From assembly GCF_004010195.1 (NCBI RefSeq), contig NC_057752.1, positions 11,910,777 through 11,963,058 on the forward strand: 52,282 bases of DNA, read 5' to 3'. Shown piece by piece: positions 12,660 to 23,402 of the stretch. The notes under the pieces were generated by a model. That model had not been told where the DNA came from. It made no database searches and saw only the letters and a list, made by a program, of their open reading frames with translations. The stretch's first letter is position 1. The number at the start of each line of letters is the position of its first letter. Position numbers and translations under genes: made by a program. Source of the DNA: Chiloscyllium plagiosum (Eukaryota).

Positions 12660-13330
12660 CATATGATTGGGAGATCTAGGTGTTCAGGTACATAATTCTC
12701 TGAAATTTGCATCACTGGGTGATTAAGAAGGCATTAAGTACACTTGCCTTCGTTGCTCAGACCTTTGAGTATAGGATTTGGGACATTATGTTGAAGTTGT
12801 GCAGGACATTGGTGAGGCCTATTCTGGACTACTGTGTGTAGTTCTGGTTGCCCTGTTATGGGAAGGATCTTATTAAATTGGATAGGGTCCAGAAAAGATT
12901 TACCAGGCTGTCACTAGGAATTGAGGGGTTGAGATATAGACTGGAAAAGCTAGGACTTATTTGAGTGCAGGGAGGAGGTTGAAGGATGACCTTATTGAGT
13001 TTTATAAAATCATGAGGGGCATAGACAGATGAATGACATGGGTCTTTCCCCTACAGTAGGGAAATTCAAACCTGTTTTTTTTTAACTGAGAGGAGAAAGA
13101 TTTAAAAAGGACATGAGGGACAACTGTTTTACACAGAGAGTGGCTTGTGTGTGGAATGAACTTCCAGACAAAGTGGTAGATGTAGATACAATTACAATGT
13201 TTAAAAGACATTTGAGTAAGTTCATGAATAGGAAAGATTTGTAAGCGCAGGCAGGTGGGGCTGGTTTAGTTTGGGAACATGGTCAGTGTGGACCGAAAGA
13301 TCTACTTCTATACTGTATGACTCTATGATT
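12660..13330 (+). mobile_element. CR1 3' fragment
   Basis: LVRP.LDYCV-like segment and CR1 3' UTR with tail. Confidence 0.8.
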
Positions 13331-13358
13331 GAATTATGGTTCTATTAAGTTCAGCATA

Positions 13359-13657
13359 CTAGATTACTTACAGTGTGGAAACAGACCTTTCAGTCCAACA
13401 AGTCCACACCGACCCGCCGAAGCGCAACCCACCCAGACCCATTCCCCTACATTTACCCCTTCACCTAACACTATGGGCAACTTAGCATGGCCAATTCACC
13501 TAACCTGCACATTTTTTTTTGGACTGTGGGAGGAAACCGGAGCACCCGGACGAAACCCACACAAACACGGAGACTCCACACAGTCAGTCAGCTGAGGTGG
13601 GAATTGAACCCGGGTCTCTAACGCTGTGAGGCAGCAGTGCTAACCACTGTGCCACCC
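13359..13657 (-). mobile_element. tRNA-derived SINE (HE1-like)
   Basis: Minus strand head GGCACAGTGGTTAGCACTGCTGCCTCACAGC..GGTTCAATTCC (A/B boxes); TAATCTA-type tail. Confidence 0.85.
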
Positions 13658-13869
13658 ACACCTTCTCTGTTCTTTTTTAAATAGATCCTATTACTTTGTA
13701 CTTATTCATAACTGTATAATCTGCAATTTGACGTTTAATGGTTTATGTTGAAAGGAGTATGGAATTTAAATATTGTCCCTTTAAGGTCCCACATAGGAGG
13801 TTAGTAAACAAAATTGGGATTGGAGGTAATATAATGGATTGAGAATGGATTAGTCTTACTTCAGTAAAG

Positions 13870-15280
13870 TAATGGAAAGGGTACTGAGGGATAGGATTTA
13901 TAAGTATCTGGAAAGACACTGCTTGATTAGGGACAGCCAGCACGGATTTGTGAGGGGTAGGTCTTGCCTTACAAGTCTTATTGAATTCTTTGAGGAGGTG
14001 ACCAAGCATGTGATTAGATTAGATTACTTACAGTGTGGAAACAGGCCCTTCGGCCCAACAAGTCCACACCAACCCGCCGAAGTGTAACCCACCCATACCC
14101 CTACATTTACCCCTTACCTAACACTACGGGCAATTTAGCATGGCCAATTCACCTGACCTGCACATCTTTGTGACTGTGGGAGGAAACCGGAGCACCCGGA
14201 GGAAACCCACGCAGACACGGGGAGAACGTGCAAACTCCACACAGTCAGTCGCCTGAGGCGGGAACTGAACCCAGGTCTTTGGCGCTGTGAGGCAGCAGTG
14301 CTAACCACTGTGCCACCGTGCTGCATGTGGATGAGGGTAGAGCAGTGGATGTAGTGTACATGGATTTTAGTAAGGCATTTGATAAGGTTCCCCATTGTAG
14401 GCTTATGCGGAAAGTAAGGAGGCATGGGATAGTGGGAAATTTGGCCAGTTGGATAGAGAACTGGCTAACCGGTCGAAGTCAGAGAGTGGTGGTAGATGGT
14501 AAATATTCAGCCTGGAGCCCAGTTACAAGTGGAGTTCCGCAGGGATCAGTTCTGGGTCCTCTGCTGTTTGTAATTTTTATTAATGACTTGGAAGAGGGAG
14601 TTTTATTAATGACTTAGATGAGGGAGCCGAAGGGTGGGTCAGTAAATTTGCAGATGATACGAAGATAGGTGGAGTTGTGGACAGTGAGGAGGGCTGTTGT
14701 CGGCTGCAGAGGGACTTAGATATGATGCAGAGCTGGGCTGAGGAGTGGCAGATGGAGTTCAACCCTGCCAAGTGTGAGGTTGTCCATTTTGGAAGAACAA
14801 ATAAGAATGCGGAATACAGGGTTAACGGTAGCAGAGGGATCTTGGGGTCTATGTACATAGATCTTTGAAGGTTGCCACTCAGGTGGATAGAGTTTATAAG
14901 AAGGCCTATGGAGTATTATCGTTCATTAGCAGAGGGATTGAATCCAAGAGTCGTGAAGTGATGTGGCAGCTGTACAGGACTTTGGTTAGGCCACAGTTGG
15001 AGTACTGTGTGCAGTTCTGGTCACCTCACTTTAGGAAAGATGTGGAAGCTTTAGAGAGGGTGCAGAGAAGATTTACCAGGATGTTGCCTGGAACGGAGAG
15101 GAAGTCATACGAGGGGGCATGGAATGCGCTGCCTGTGGGAGTGGCAGAGTCAGCATCATTGGTGACCTTTAAGCGACAATTGGATAGGTACATGGATAGG
15201 TGCTTAAGCTAGGACAAATGTTTGGCACAACATCATGGGCCGAAGGGCCTGTTCTGTGCTGTATTGTTCTATGTTCTAGA
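13870..15280 (+). mobile_element. CR1 RT fragment interrupted by a SINE
   Basis: HGFVRGRSCLTSLIEFFEEVTKH continues after the SINE as [23 protein letters not shown]; 3' tail near 15275. Confidence 0.9.
14013..14322 (-). mobile_element. Full-length tRNA SINE with 7-bp target-site duplication
   Basis: GCATGTG at 14006-14012 and 14323-14329; A/B boxes; (TAATC)n tail. Confidence 0.92.
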
Positions 15281-16623
15281 ATTAGTTAACTGACAAAACG
15301 AAGTATGTGGAATAATGTGATTGGCAGATTGTGATAAGAGAGATACCATAAGGATCAATCAATGTTTGGGCTCCAAGTATTGTTATGACTGTGGATCATC
15401 TATGGACAGATCAAACTTTAATTACAATCTTTTTAACAAAAAAACATATGGGCAGATGTTGAGTACAGATGTAAATTCAGTGGCTGTCTGGAAAAAGAAT
15501 TGTCTGGTGAATTGTCACACCTGACAAAGTGTCAGGAAAGCTTCCAAGCAGTCTGGGTAAGAGACATTTTTGTACCTTCCACTTTCAAGAAGCCAAAAGA
15601 ACAGGGGTTAAAAGCCAGTTTAACTCTAATATGTGTGTTCTAGTGGAAGAAGGCATGCTAGTCAGATGAGGTGTTCCTGTGTAATAGCCTGGGTTTGAGT
15701 GCTAGTGTAATGTGAAGGTCACAGTCATAAAACTATTCACTAGTCACTCCTGTATTACAGGCAAAGGAAACTCTTCCTCTGAGTGCTAGAAGCCAGCTAC
15801 CCAGTAACCCGTCAAAAAGAAGCAGGATAAAAGGAAGGACTGTCTCACTCTGAGTACTACACCAATATGTGAGTTGCATTATTATTTCTTCTCGCATTTA
15901 GTGATAATAAACTCTTTAAATAACTGAAAAAGCCTAATTAAATTGACTCCTGTTAAATCATAAATTCATTTGGTCTGGGAGAGAAATATCCTCAAAGAGG
16001 GGGATCCTTTGTAAATTAACTCATTGTGACCCACTCAAAAAAGGAAAGTGAGTCAGTGAATTCTTCTTCACCAGGGAGCTTGACAATGTGGGATATCCCA
16101 TTTGGAACCATCATAACTCAGGAATTGACAGGGTAGACAGAGGGAAAATGGTTCTCCTGGCTGGGCGTGGTCTTGAACTAGGAAACTCTGAAGCAGGTTC
16201 GAGGGCCCCAATAGCCTACTAATAGTCATAGAGCACGGAAACAGACCTTTCAGTCCACACAATCCACGCTGACCATGATCCGAAACTAAACTAGTCCCAC
16301 CTGCCTACACTTGGCCCATATCCCTCCAAACCTTTCCTGTAAATGTACTTTTAAACATTGTAACTGTAACTGCATCCACCACTTCCTCTGGAAGTTCTTT
16401 GTTCTTATTTCCTATATATAGTGTGGGAAATGTGAAACTGCCCATTTCAGAAGGAAGAATAAAACGGAAGCATGCTATCGTGCATTAACATGCATGGATG
16501 TGGAGCTCTGAGATGGGTACCGTGGTGCATGAATCACATAAGTTTAGTATGCAGCTACAGCAAGTAATCAGGAAAGCTAATAGAATGTTATAATTTACTG
16601 CAAGGAGAACTGAATACAAACTA

Positions 16624-16841
16624 CAGGTCGTTCTTCTATAACGCAATGGCCATGTTCTTGTGCAACCCCGCATTGTAGAAAAATTGTGCTTAGAAATAGC
16701 ACTTAAAGTGTTGGCGATGTAATCGTGTTACAGCCAACACATGTTTTAAAAGTTTGTGCTCTAGAAACAGTGTCCCCAATTTGTCAATCATGTTACAGCG
16801 AATTCACTTGAACGAAATGTGCGTTATAACAGAACGACCTG
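16624..16841. mobile_element. Tc1/mariner-type MITE inserted in a CR1 remnant
   Basis: TIRs CAGGTCGTTCTTCTATAACGC ... GCGTTATAACAGAACGACCTG with TA on both sides. Confidence 0.85.
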
Positions 16842-16969
16842 TAGGCTACACAGGACACTGGTGAGACCACATCTGGAGTACTGAATGCAATACAATGGTA
16901 TTTACAGAAATATATAAATGAGTTGGAAGCAGTTCAGAGAAGTAGACTAATACTGGAATGTACAAATGT

Positions 16970-17115
16970 AAAAATCACACAATACCAGGTTATGGTCCAA
17001 CACATTTATTTGGAAGCACTAGCTTTCGGAGCGGTGCAACTTCATCAGGTGCTTGCGTGATTTTGTGATTTTTAACTTTGTACAGCCAAGTCCAACACCG
17101 GCACCTGCAAATCAA
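16970..17115 (-). mobile_element. Short Penelope-derived repeat with hammerhead core
   Basis: Minus strand 17051-17017: CAC-CTGATGA-agttgcaccgctcc-GAAA-GCTA-GTG; flanks match copies at ~19345 and ~31840. Confidence 0.65.
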
Positions 17116-17299
17116 TACTGGAATCGGTTGTCTTATGAGGAAAGGTTGGACTGACTATGCTTAATCCCAATTAAGTTTAGAAGAGTAAGAGGTAACATGA
17201 TCGAAATATATAAGATCTTGAAGGGTCTTGATGGATGAATGTAGGAACTGAGTTTCTTTTGTGGAAGAATCTAGGGCTCACTGTTTAAAAATCATGTTT

Positions 17300-17975
17300 G
17301 GGGTGGCATGTTGGCTCAGTGGTTAGCACTGCTGCCTCACAGTACCAGGTTCAATTCCAGCCTCGGGAAACTGATTTTGCGGAGTTTGCATGTTCCCCCA
17401 TGTGGGTTTCCTCCCACAGCACAAAGATGTGCAGGTTAGGGTGGATTGGCCATGCTAAATTGTCCATGGTGTCCAGGGACGGTGCAGGTTTGGGTGGATT
17501 GGCCATTCTAAATTGTCCCATAGTGCCCAGAGATATGCAGGTTAGGGTGGATTGGCCATGCTAAATTGTCCCATAGTGCCCAGGGATGTGCAGGTTAGGG
17601 TGGATTGGCCATGCTAAATTGTCCCATAATGCCCAGGGATGTGCATGTTAGGGTGGATTGGCCATGCTAAATTGTCCCTTAGTGTCCAGGGATGTGCAGG
17701 TTAGGGTGGATTGGACATGCTAAATTGTCCCATAGTGTCCAGGGATGTGTAGGTTAGGGTGGGATTGGCCGTGCTAAATTGTCCCATAGTGCCCAGTGAT
17801 GTGCAGGTTCGGGTGGACTGGCCATGCTAAATTGTCCCATAGTGCCCAGGGATGTGTGGGCTGAGTGCATAAGCCATGGGAAATGCATGGTTATACGGGG
17901 GGCGGGGGTTGGTCTGCTCTTCTGGAGGGTCAGTGCGGCCTTGTTGGGCGAAATGGCCTGTTTCCACACTGTACA
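17300..17975 (+). mobile_element. tRNA SINE with internal minisatellite expansion
   Basis: SINE head at 17300 and SINE 3' end near 17970 enclose a tandem array. Confidence 0.85.
17426..17850 (+). repeat. 53-bp tandem repeat, about 8 copies
   Basis: Unit GATGTGCAGGTTAGGGTGGATTGGCCATGCTAAATTGTCCCATAGTGCCCAGG; starts at 17585, 17638, 17691 and 17744 are 53 bp apart. Confidence 0.92.
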
Positions 17976-18391
17976 GATTCAATGCATCAGGAGGCGCCCA
18001 TTTTAAACAGAGATGACTTTTGTCCTCTCCCGGAGATATCGAGACTGTGGAACTCTTCCTGAAAAGGTGGTAGAAGTAGAGTTATTGAACATGTGTGAGT
18101 TAGTGTTCGATTCTAATTATGCAAGAGGGTCAAAGGTTACCAGAGGTAGTGTTACCGGATCAGTCGTCGTATTTATTGAATGCGGAGCAGGCTCGACATG
18201 TATCGTGCTAGACCCTTTCAGAGTGGGAACTTAGAAAGAGGGCATCTACAGTACTTGCAAATAATCAAATTGCCGTGTGTTTGTGTATCCCCACCTCGTG
18301 AATAGGAGGAAAGGATTGAGGAAAAAGCGCGGGCTGGCTCGCTGCACTCGGAAGGAGATCTTCTCATTGGCAATGCCGGAGGCGGTTCTCA

Positions 18392-18406
18392 GGGAAAACG
18401 AAACTG
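18392..18406 (+). promoter_or_regulatory. Interferon-stimulated response element (ISRE/IRF site) in CpG-rich promoter region
   Basis: GGGAAAACGAAACTG, reverse complement CAGTTTCGTTTTCCC, fits AGTTTCNNTTTC; about 105 bp upstream of ATG 18510 in non-repetitive CpG-rich DNA. Confidence 0.7.
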
Positions 18407-18509
18407 TTGTTAATTTTGAATTTGGAAAAGCAGCTCAGTGTGTCCTGATTGAGTGGCGCGGATGTGTCGCTCGGTCTCTCTGTTGGGATTCCTTTCACAA
18501 AAGAACACC

Positions 18510-18789
18510 ATGACAACCGGACAGTTCCTGCTTGAGGTCCTCGATGAACTGAGCGAAAATGATTTCGAAAGGTTCCGATTCCATCTCGAGGACAGCGCGG
18601 AATTTAAACCGATAGCCCGCGGGCGGTTGGAGGGAAAATCTCGGCAGGAATTGGCTTCTCTCCTCCAGCACATTTATGGAAAGCAGGCTCGAGATATCAG
18701 CAGAAAGGTCCTGCTTCAAATTCCCAGGCATGACCTAGTGGGGAAAATGTTTGGAGACGGAGACATGAGTGGCTCCGAGGGCACTCGAG
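18510..18789 (+). CDS. PYD-DD adaptor, exon 1 (pyrin domain)
   Basis: Kozak context ACACCATGA. MTTGQFLLEVLDELSENDFERFRFHLEDSAEFKPIARGRLEGKSRQELASLLQHIYGKQARDISRKVLLQIPRHDLVGKM shows the PYD pattern. Donor G|GTAACA at 18790, phase 1. Confidence 0.9.
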
Positions 18790-19539
18790 GTAACAGAACA
18801 CAACACGTCATTTATACCAAATAAAATAGAGCTGAAACAAAAACAACCTAAGGTTCGCCAGCAGTTTCCGTTTTTGCTCAATTACACAAGCGCCGCTTGG
18901 AACTGATAAAGGAGGAAATGAGATAAACAACGAGGGATTTTTTTGTTGGGGGGGGCAGGAGTGCGGAGAACAAATATCCCTTTCTGAGCATCCTCTTTCT
19001 ATTCCCACCTCCCCCTCCCCCTGTGTGTGTCCTCTCCAGATGTGTTCCCGTACACTTATGTATATCCTCCATGAATCCCACCCACCCTTCAGCCTCTCTA
19101 TATCCCCGTGTGAATCCTTCCTCTGTCACTATCATGTGTATCCTCCCTATCCTACCATCTCTTCTGCTGTGTATTGTCCCCACATCGCACCTTTGTGACC
19201 TTCTTATCTCCCCCCTTCACTGTGTATTCTTCTGTTCCTCTCTTCTAATCACCCCTCACTCTTGATCCTGCTTGTATTACACCCGCTTTCCACCTCTTCC
19301 TTCCTGTATCCCACTCTCTCATGTCCCTGTACCCCCACCACCAAGGTGAAGGAGCAGTGCTCCGAAAGGTAGTGCTTCCAATTAAACCTGTTGGACTGTA
19401 ACCTGGTCTTGTGTGATTTTTAACTTTGTACCCCCACTCCCGCCGCAAAGTGTATGCATCCAGTATTTATTAGTTATAAAATGGATCAAGTGTCAACTGT
19501 TTTTGCAGAGGATTCCAAACTTTTGCTAATGTGCACGCA

Positions 19540-20752
19540 CACAAATCTTCTGGAATTTTTTGAGAATGTAACTCTGAAGATGGACAAGGGAGATCCAGTG
19601 GATGTAGTGTACCTGGACTTTCAGAAAGCCTTTGATAAAGTCCCACATAGGAGGTTAGTGAGCAAAATTAGGGCGCATGGTATTGGGGACAGAATACTGA
19701 CTTGGATTGAAAATTGGTTGGCTGACAGGAAACAAAGAGTAGTGATAAACAACTCCCTTTCGGAATGGCAGGCAGTGACCAGTGGGGTACCGCAGGGATC
19801 AGTGCTGGGACCACAGCTTTTTACAATATACATTAATGATATAGATGATGGTATTATAAGTAATATTAGCAAATTTGCTGATGATACAAATCTGGGTGGC
19901 AGGGTGAAATGTTAGGAGGTTACAGGGTGACCTGGACAGGTTAGATGAGTGGACAGATGCATGGCAGATGCAGTTTAATGTGGATAAATGTGTGGTTATC
20001 TACTTTGGTGGCAAGAACAGGAAGGCAGATTACTACAAAATGGAGTCAAGTTAGGTAACGGGGCAGTACAATGAGATCTAGGTGTTCTTGTACATCAGTG
20101 TGAAGAAAGCTAATAGCATGCTGGTCTTCATAACAAGAGGAATTGAGTATAGAAGCAAAGAGGTTCTTCTGCAGCTCTACAGGGCCCTGGTGAGACCACA
20201 TCTGGAATATTGTGTGCAGTTTTGGTCTCCAAATTTGAGGAAAGACATTCTGGCTATTGAGGGAGTGCAGCGTAGGTTCACAAGGTCAATTCCCGGAATG
20301 GCGGGACTATCTTACATTGAAAGATTAGAGAGACTGGGCTTGTATACCCTTGAGTTTAGAAGGCTGAGAGGGGATCTGATTGAGACGTATAAGATTATTA
20401 AAGGATTGGACACTCTGGAGGCAGGAAGCATGTTTCCGTTGATGGGTGAGTACCGAACCAGACGACACAGTTTCAAAATAAGGGGTAGGCCACTTAGAAC
20501 AGAGTTGAGGAGAAACTTCTTCACCCAGAGAGTGGTGGGTGTGTGGAATGCTCTGCCCCAAAAGGCTGTGGAGGCCAAGTCTCTGGATACTTTCAAGAAA
20601 GAGTTGGATAGAGCTCTTAAGGATAGTGGAATCAAGGGTTATGGGGATAAGGCAGGAACAGGATACTGATTGAGGATGATCAGCCATGATCATAATAAAT
20701 GATGGTGCTGGCTCAAAGGGCAGAATGGCCTACTCCTGCACCTATTGTCTAT
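19540..20752 (+). mobile_element. CR1 RT/3' fragment in intron 1 of the PYD-DD gene
   Basis: [46 protein letters not shown] and a 3' tail. Confidence 0.93.
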
Positions 20753-20962
20753 TACCCTAAATTTACTCCTGAAAGACCTATTTTTGTGACTATCCCCCAC
20801 CCAGACTCCAATTTCTCTTAGCATCTTGAAAATGTTGTGACTAAATCAAATCACACTCCTTCACTGGATCCACGTTCCTTGAAGTCCTTAATATCCAAAA
20901 ATATCTGGTACAGAATGTGAATTGTCCCTGATTAATCTACAGAGGTTTTCAAAATCAAGAGT

Positions 20963-21160
20963 GAGATTAGAGTTGAGAGTGCGGTGCTGGAAAAGCACAG
21001 CATGTTAGGCAGCATCCGAGGAGCAGGAGAGTCAGCGTTTCAGGCAAAAGCCCTTCACCTTTTGCCCGACTCTCTTGCTCCTCGGATGCTGTCTGACCTG
21101 CTGTGCTTTTCCAGCACCGCACTCTCAACTCTAATCTCCAGTATCTGCAGTCCTCACTTT
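20963..21160. mobile_element. Palindromic Penelope-derived element
   Basis: Inverted arms of about 70 bp (GAGATTAGAGTTGAGAGTGCGGTGCTGGAAAAGCACAGC.. / ..GCTGTGCTTTTCCAGCACCGCACTCTCAACTCTAATCTC); half copies at ~11738 and ~39216. Confidence 0.75.
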
Positions 21161-21316
21161 CACCTGGAGATTTTCAAAGGGTCATTGTTAAGAAAATTAA
21201 TTTAGAAGTTGCTTATATCTCATATTGGGCTCAGGGGACCTTGGCAGAAGTAAGTCAGCTATACTGCCTTTGGAGTTGACTGGATTTGAATTCTAATATC
21301 TTGCTCTTTTTCATAG

Positions 21317-21409
21317 TGCAGAGGAAGAGAGAGAGACTGAAGGACTGTGAATCTGATGGAGCTCTGTCTGAGCCTTCAGACAATGAAATGATCATGTCAA
21401 AGAAAAACA
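21317..21409 (+). CDS. PYD-DD adaptor, exon 2 (linker)
   Basis: ctctttttcatAG acceptor, A|GTACGT donor; 93 bp, phase 1-1, open: (V)QRKRERLKDCESDGALSEPSDNEMIMSKKN. Absent from the ORF track. Confidence 0.8.
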
Positions 21410-21624
21410 GTACGTATAATCTCACTTAAGAATTCCTTTAAAAATAACATTTGTATGGAATATTTCAAACAGGATACAGAAGATACAAGATCACAATGCA
21501 GCATTCACTGGATAGTAATCACTGATGGGGATTGAGAGAGACTTCTGTGTGACACTCACTGCCATTTAGTTAAAGCTCCTCTGGCCAAATGTTTCATTCT
21601 AATATTTTATTTTTTTGTTTGCAG

Positions 21625-21914
21625 AGGTGGAGCCAAAGATACTGACAGACAAAAAACTGATGCAATTGGCCAAAAACATGGGGCATAATTGGCAGCAAAT
21701 TGGAATCCAATTCCTAGACCTGCAAAGCCACGAAATTGAACAATGTGAAGCTCAGCAGCGGTTAGTTGTCTTGCAGAGATTTGAAATGCTCAAACGCTGG
21801 AGAAACCGCGAAAAGGAGGGAGCCACTGCTGTCAAACTTCACTCCATTCTTTCTAACAAGGAATGCCCCATTAGTTCTGCACAATTGAATTGTCTTCTTG
21901 AAGAAAACCCATGA
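21625..21914 (+). CDS. PYD-DD adaptor, exon 3 (death domain)
   Basis: Strong T-tract and gcAG acceptor, phase 1. (K)VEPKILTDKKLMQLAKNMGHNWQQIGIQFLDLQSHEIEQCEAQQRLVVLQRFEMLKRWRNREKEGATAVKLHSILSNKECPISSAQLNCLLEENP* has the DD signature LA..MG..W..IG / EI / ML..W..R....AT...L. Confidence 0.9.
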
Positions 21915-22074
21915 CCAAAGTCAATGAGGAGAGTACTTTGCTTTTTTAAAAAAACCTTAAAATGTACAAAATTTAAGATTCATTTAATGTATTTTTTTAA
22001 TTTCCATGATTGATACCCATATCTTTTTGCATTAAACCGAAGATACTACTGAAAAGGAATGATTGATTTATTAT

Positions 22075-23060
22075 CCATTTGCAGCAGTGGGAGCAGCGAG
22101 AACGCAGACTGGAGGCTACCGGGAAGGTAAACTTCCCTCTTAAAGACTTACCTTGTGAGGAGGTGAAGCAAAGGCTCAACAGGAGTGGACGCGGACACGG
22201 GACTTGCTGGGCACGTGAACTGATATTTTGGGGCCTGCAATTAACCCCGAAATACTACACGTTGTGCCTCCCACCCATTCTCCTCTAACCAAACAAATGA
22301 CTGAGTGGAGGGTTGGTAAGGTCAGGCTTTTAAAAAATGTTTTTCAATCTCTCTTTGCAATTTAGATCAGCAGGGATGGAGGCTAGGGCAGTTGCATGCT
22401 CCTCCTGCAGGATGTGGGAGGTAAGGGTCATCACTGGTATCCCTGCTGACTTCGCCTGCGAGAAGTGCACCCAACTCCAGCTCCTCACAGACCGCGTTAG
22501 GGAACTGGAGCTGGATGAACTTTGGATCATTGGGAGGCTGAGGGGGAGAGAGGGGAGTTACAGGGAGGTAGTCACACTAAAGGGGGAGCTAAAAGAGGTG
22601 GAGAAGTGGCATTACTAATCAGGGATAGTATCACAGCTGCAAAAAGGGAGGTCTTCGAGGAGGGTTTGTCTATTGAGTCAGTATGGGTGGAAGTCAGAAA
22701 CAGGAAAGGAGCAGTCACTTTATTGGGAGTTTCCAAGAGACACAGAGGAGCTGATTGGGAGGCAGATTTTGGACAAGGTGCAGAAGAATCATGGTTGTCT
22801 TGGTGACTTTAACTTCCCTAATATTGATTGGAACCTCCTTAGTACAAATAGTTTGGATGGAGCAGTTTTTGTCAGGTGTGTCCAGGAAGGGTTCCTGACT
22901 CAATCCGTAGACAGGCTGACTAGAGGGGAGGCCATATTGGATCTGCCAAGTGTCAGATACCTTGGTGGGAGAGCATTTCAGTGATAGTGATCACAACTCC
23001 CTGACCTTCACTATAGTCATGGAGGGGGATAGAAGCAGATGGTATGGGAAAGTATTTAAT
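22075..23060 (+). mobile_element. CR1 5' portion, internally deleted (ORF1 zinc finger plus endonuclease fragments)
   Basis: MEARAVACSSCRMWE..CEKCTQLQLLTDRVRELEL, then ESVWVEVRN and GDFNFPNIDW. Confidence 0.85.
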
Positions 23061-23402
23061 TTTTTCTTTTAATGGGGGAATGGCTCCCCTTTATATTCCA
23101 GGTGCACCACCTGAACAGATCACTAGTCATGTCTGCACACTACAGCCCACGGTCCCTCAAGAAAAAGCTAATTTAATGTGCGGCAAGTGGAAAAAAGCAC
23201 AGACTTTATCAAATTTATAACTATTCCTACAAACACTACTAAAATTAAGAAACTAACCACTACTCCTAACTTGAACAAATAAACAAAAACCACATCTCCA
23301 GAGATCTTACACCACTATAAGGGGTATTTACTCCCAACCTTATCAAATTTAAAAACTATTCCTACAAACCCTACTAAAATTTAGAAACTAAAATTAAGAA
23401 AC

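Noticed and set aside
17426..17850. CRISPR-like array or interstitial telomere
   Set aside because: Units are contiguous with no unique spacers, TTAGGG occurs at most once per unit, and the unit is a SINE segment.
18484..18495. NF-kB site near the PYD-DD ATG and GAS site at 18386-18396
   Set aside because: GGGATTCCTT misses the terminal CC of the kB consensus, and TTC-N5-GAA has non-canonical spacing.
18453..18824. 123-aa single-exon PYD-only protein (POP-like) from the ORF track
   Set aside because: It starts at a GTG and reads through a good donor at 18790; the ATG at 18510 has a Kozak context and in-phase downstream exons exist. Intron retention remains possible but is unsupported.
21322..21409. 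Alternative exon 2 acceptor (tgcAG at 21320-21321)
   Set aside because: It shifts the frame and reaches TGA within ten codons.
18510..21914. Calling the gene FADD or ASC/PYCARD
   Set aside because: RHDL recalls a DED, but the overall pattern (LDEL..F..F..L, I.RG.LE, LA.LL...YG..A) is PYD; the C-terminal domain has DD tryptophan motifs, not a CARD pattern.
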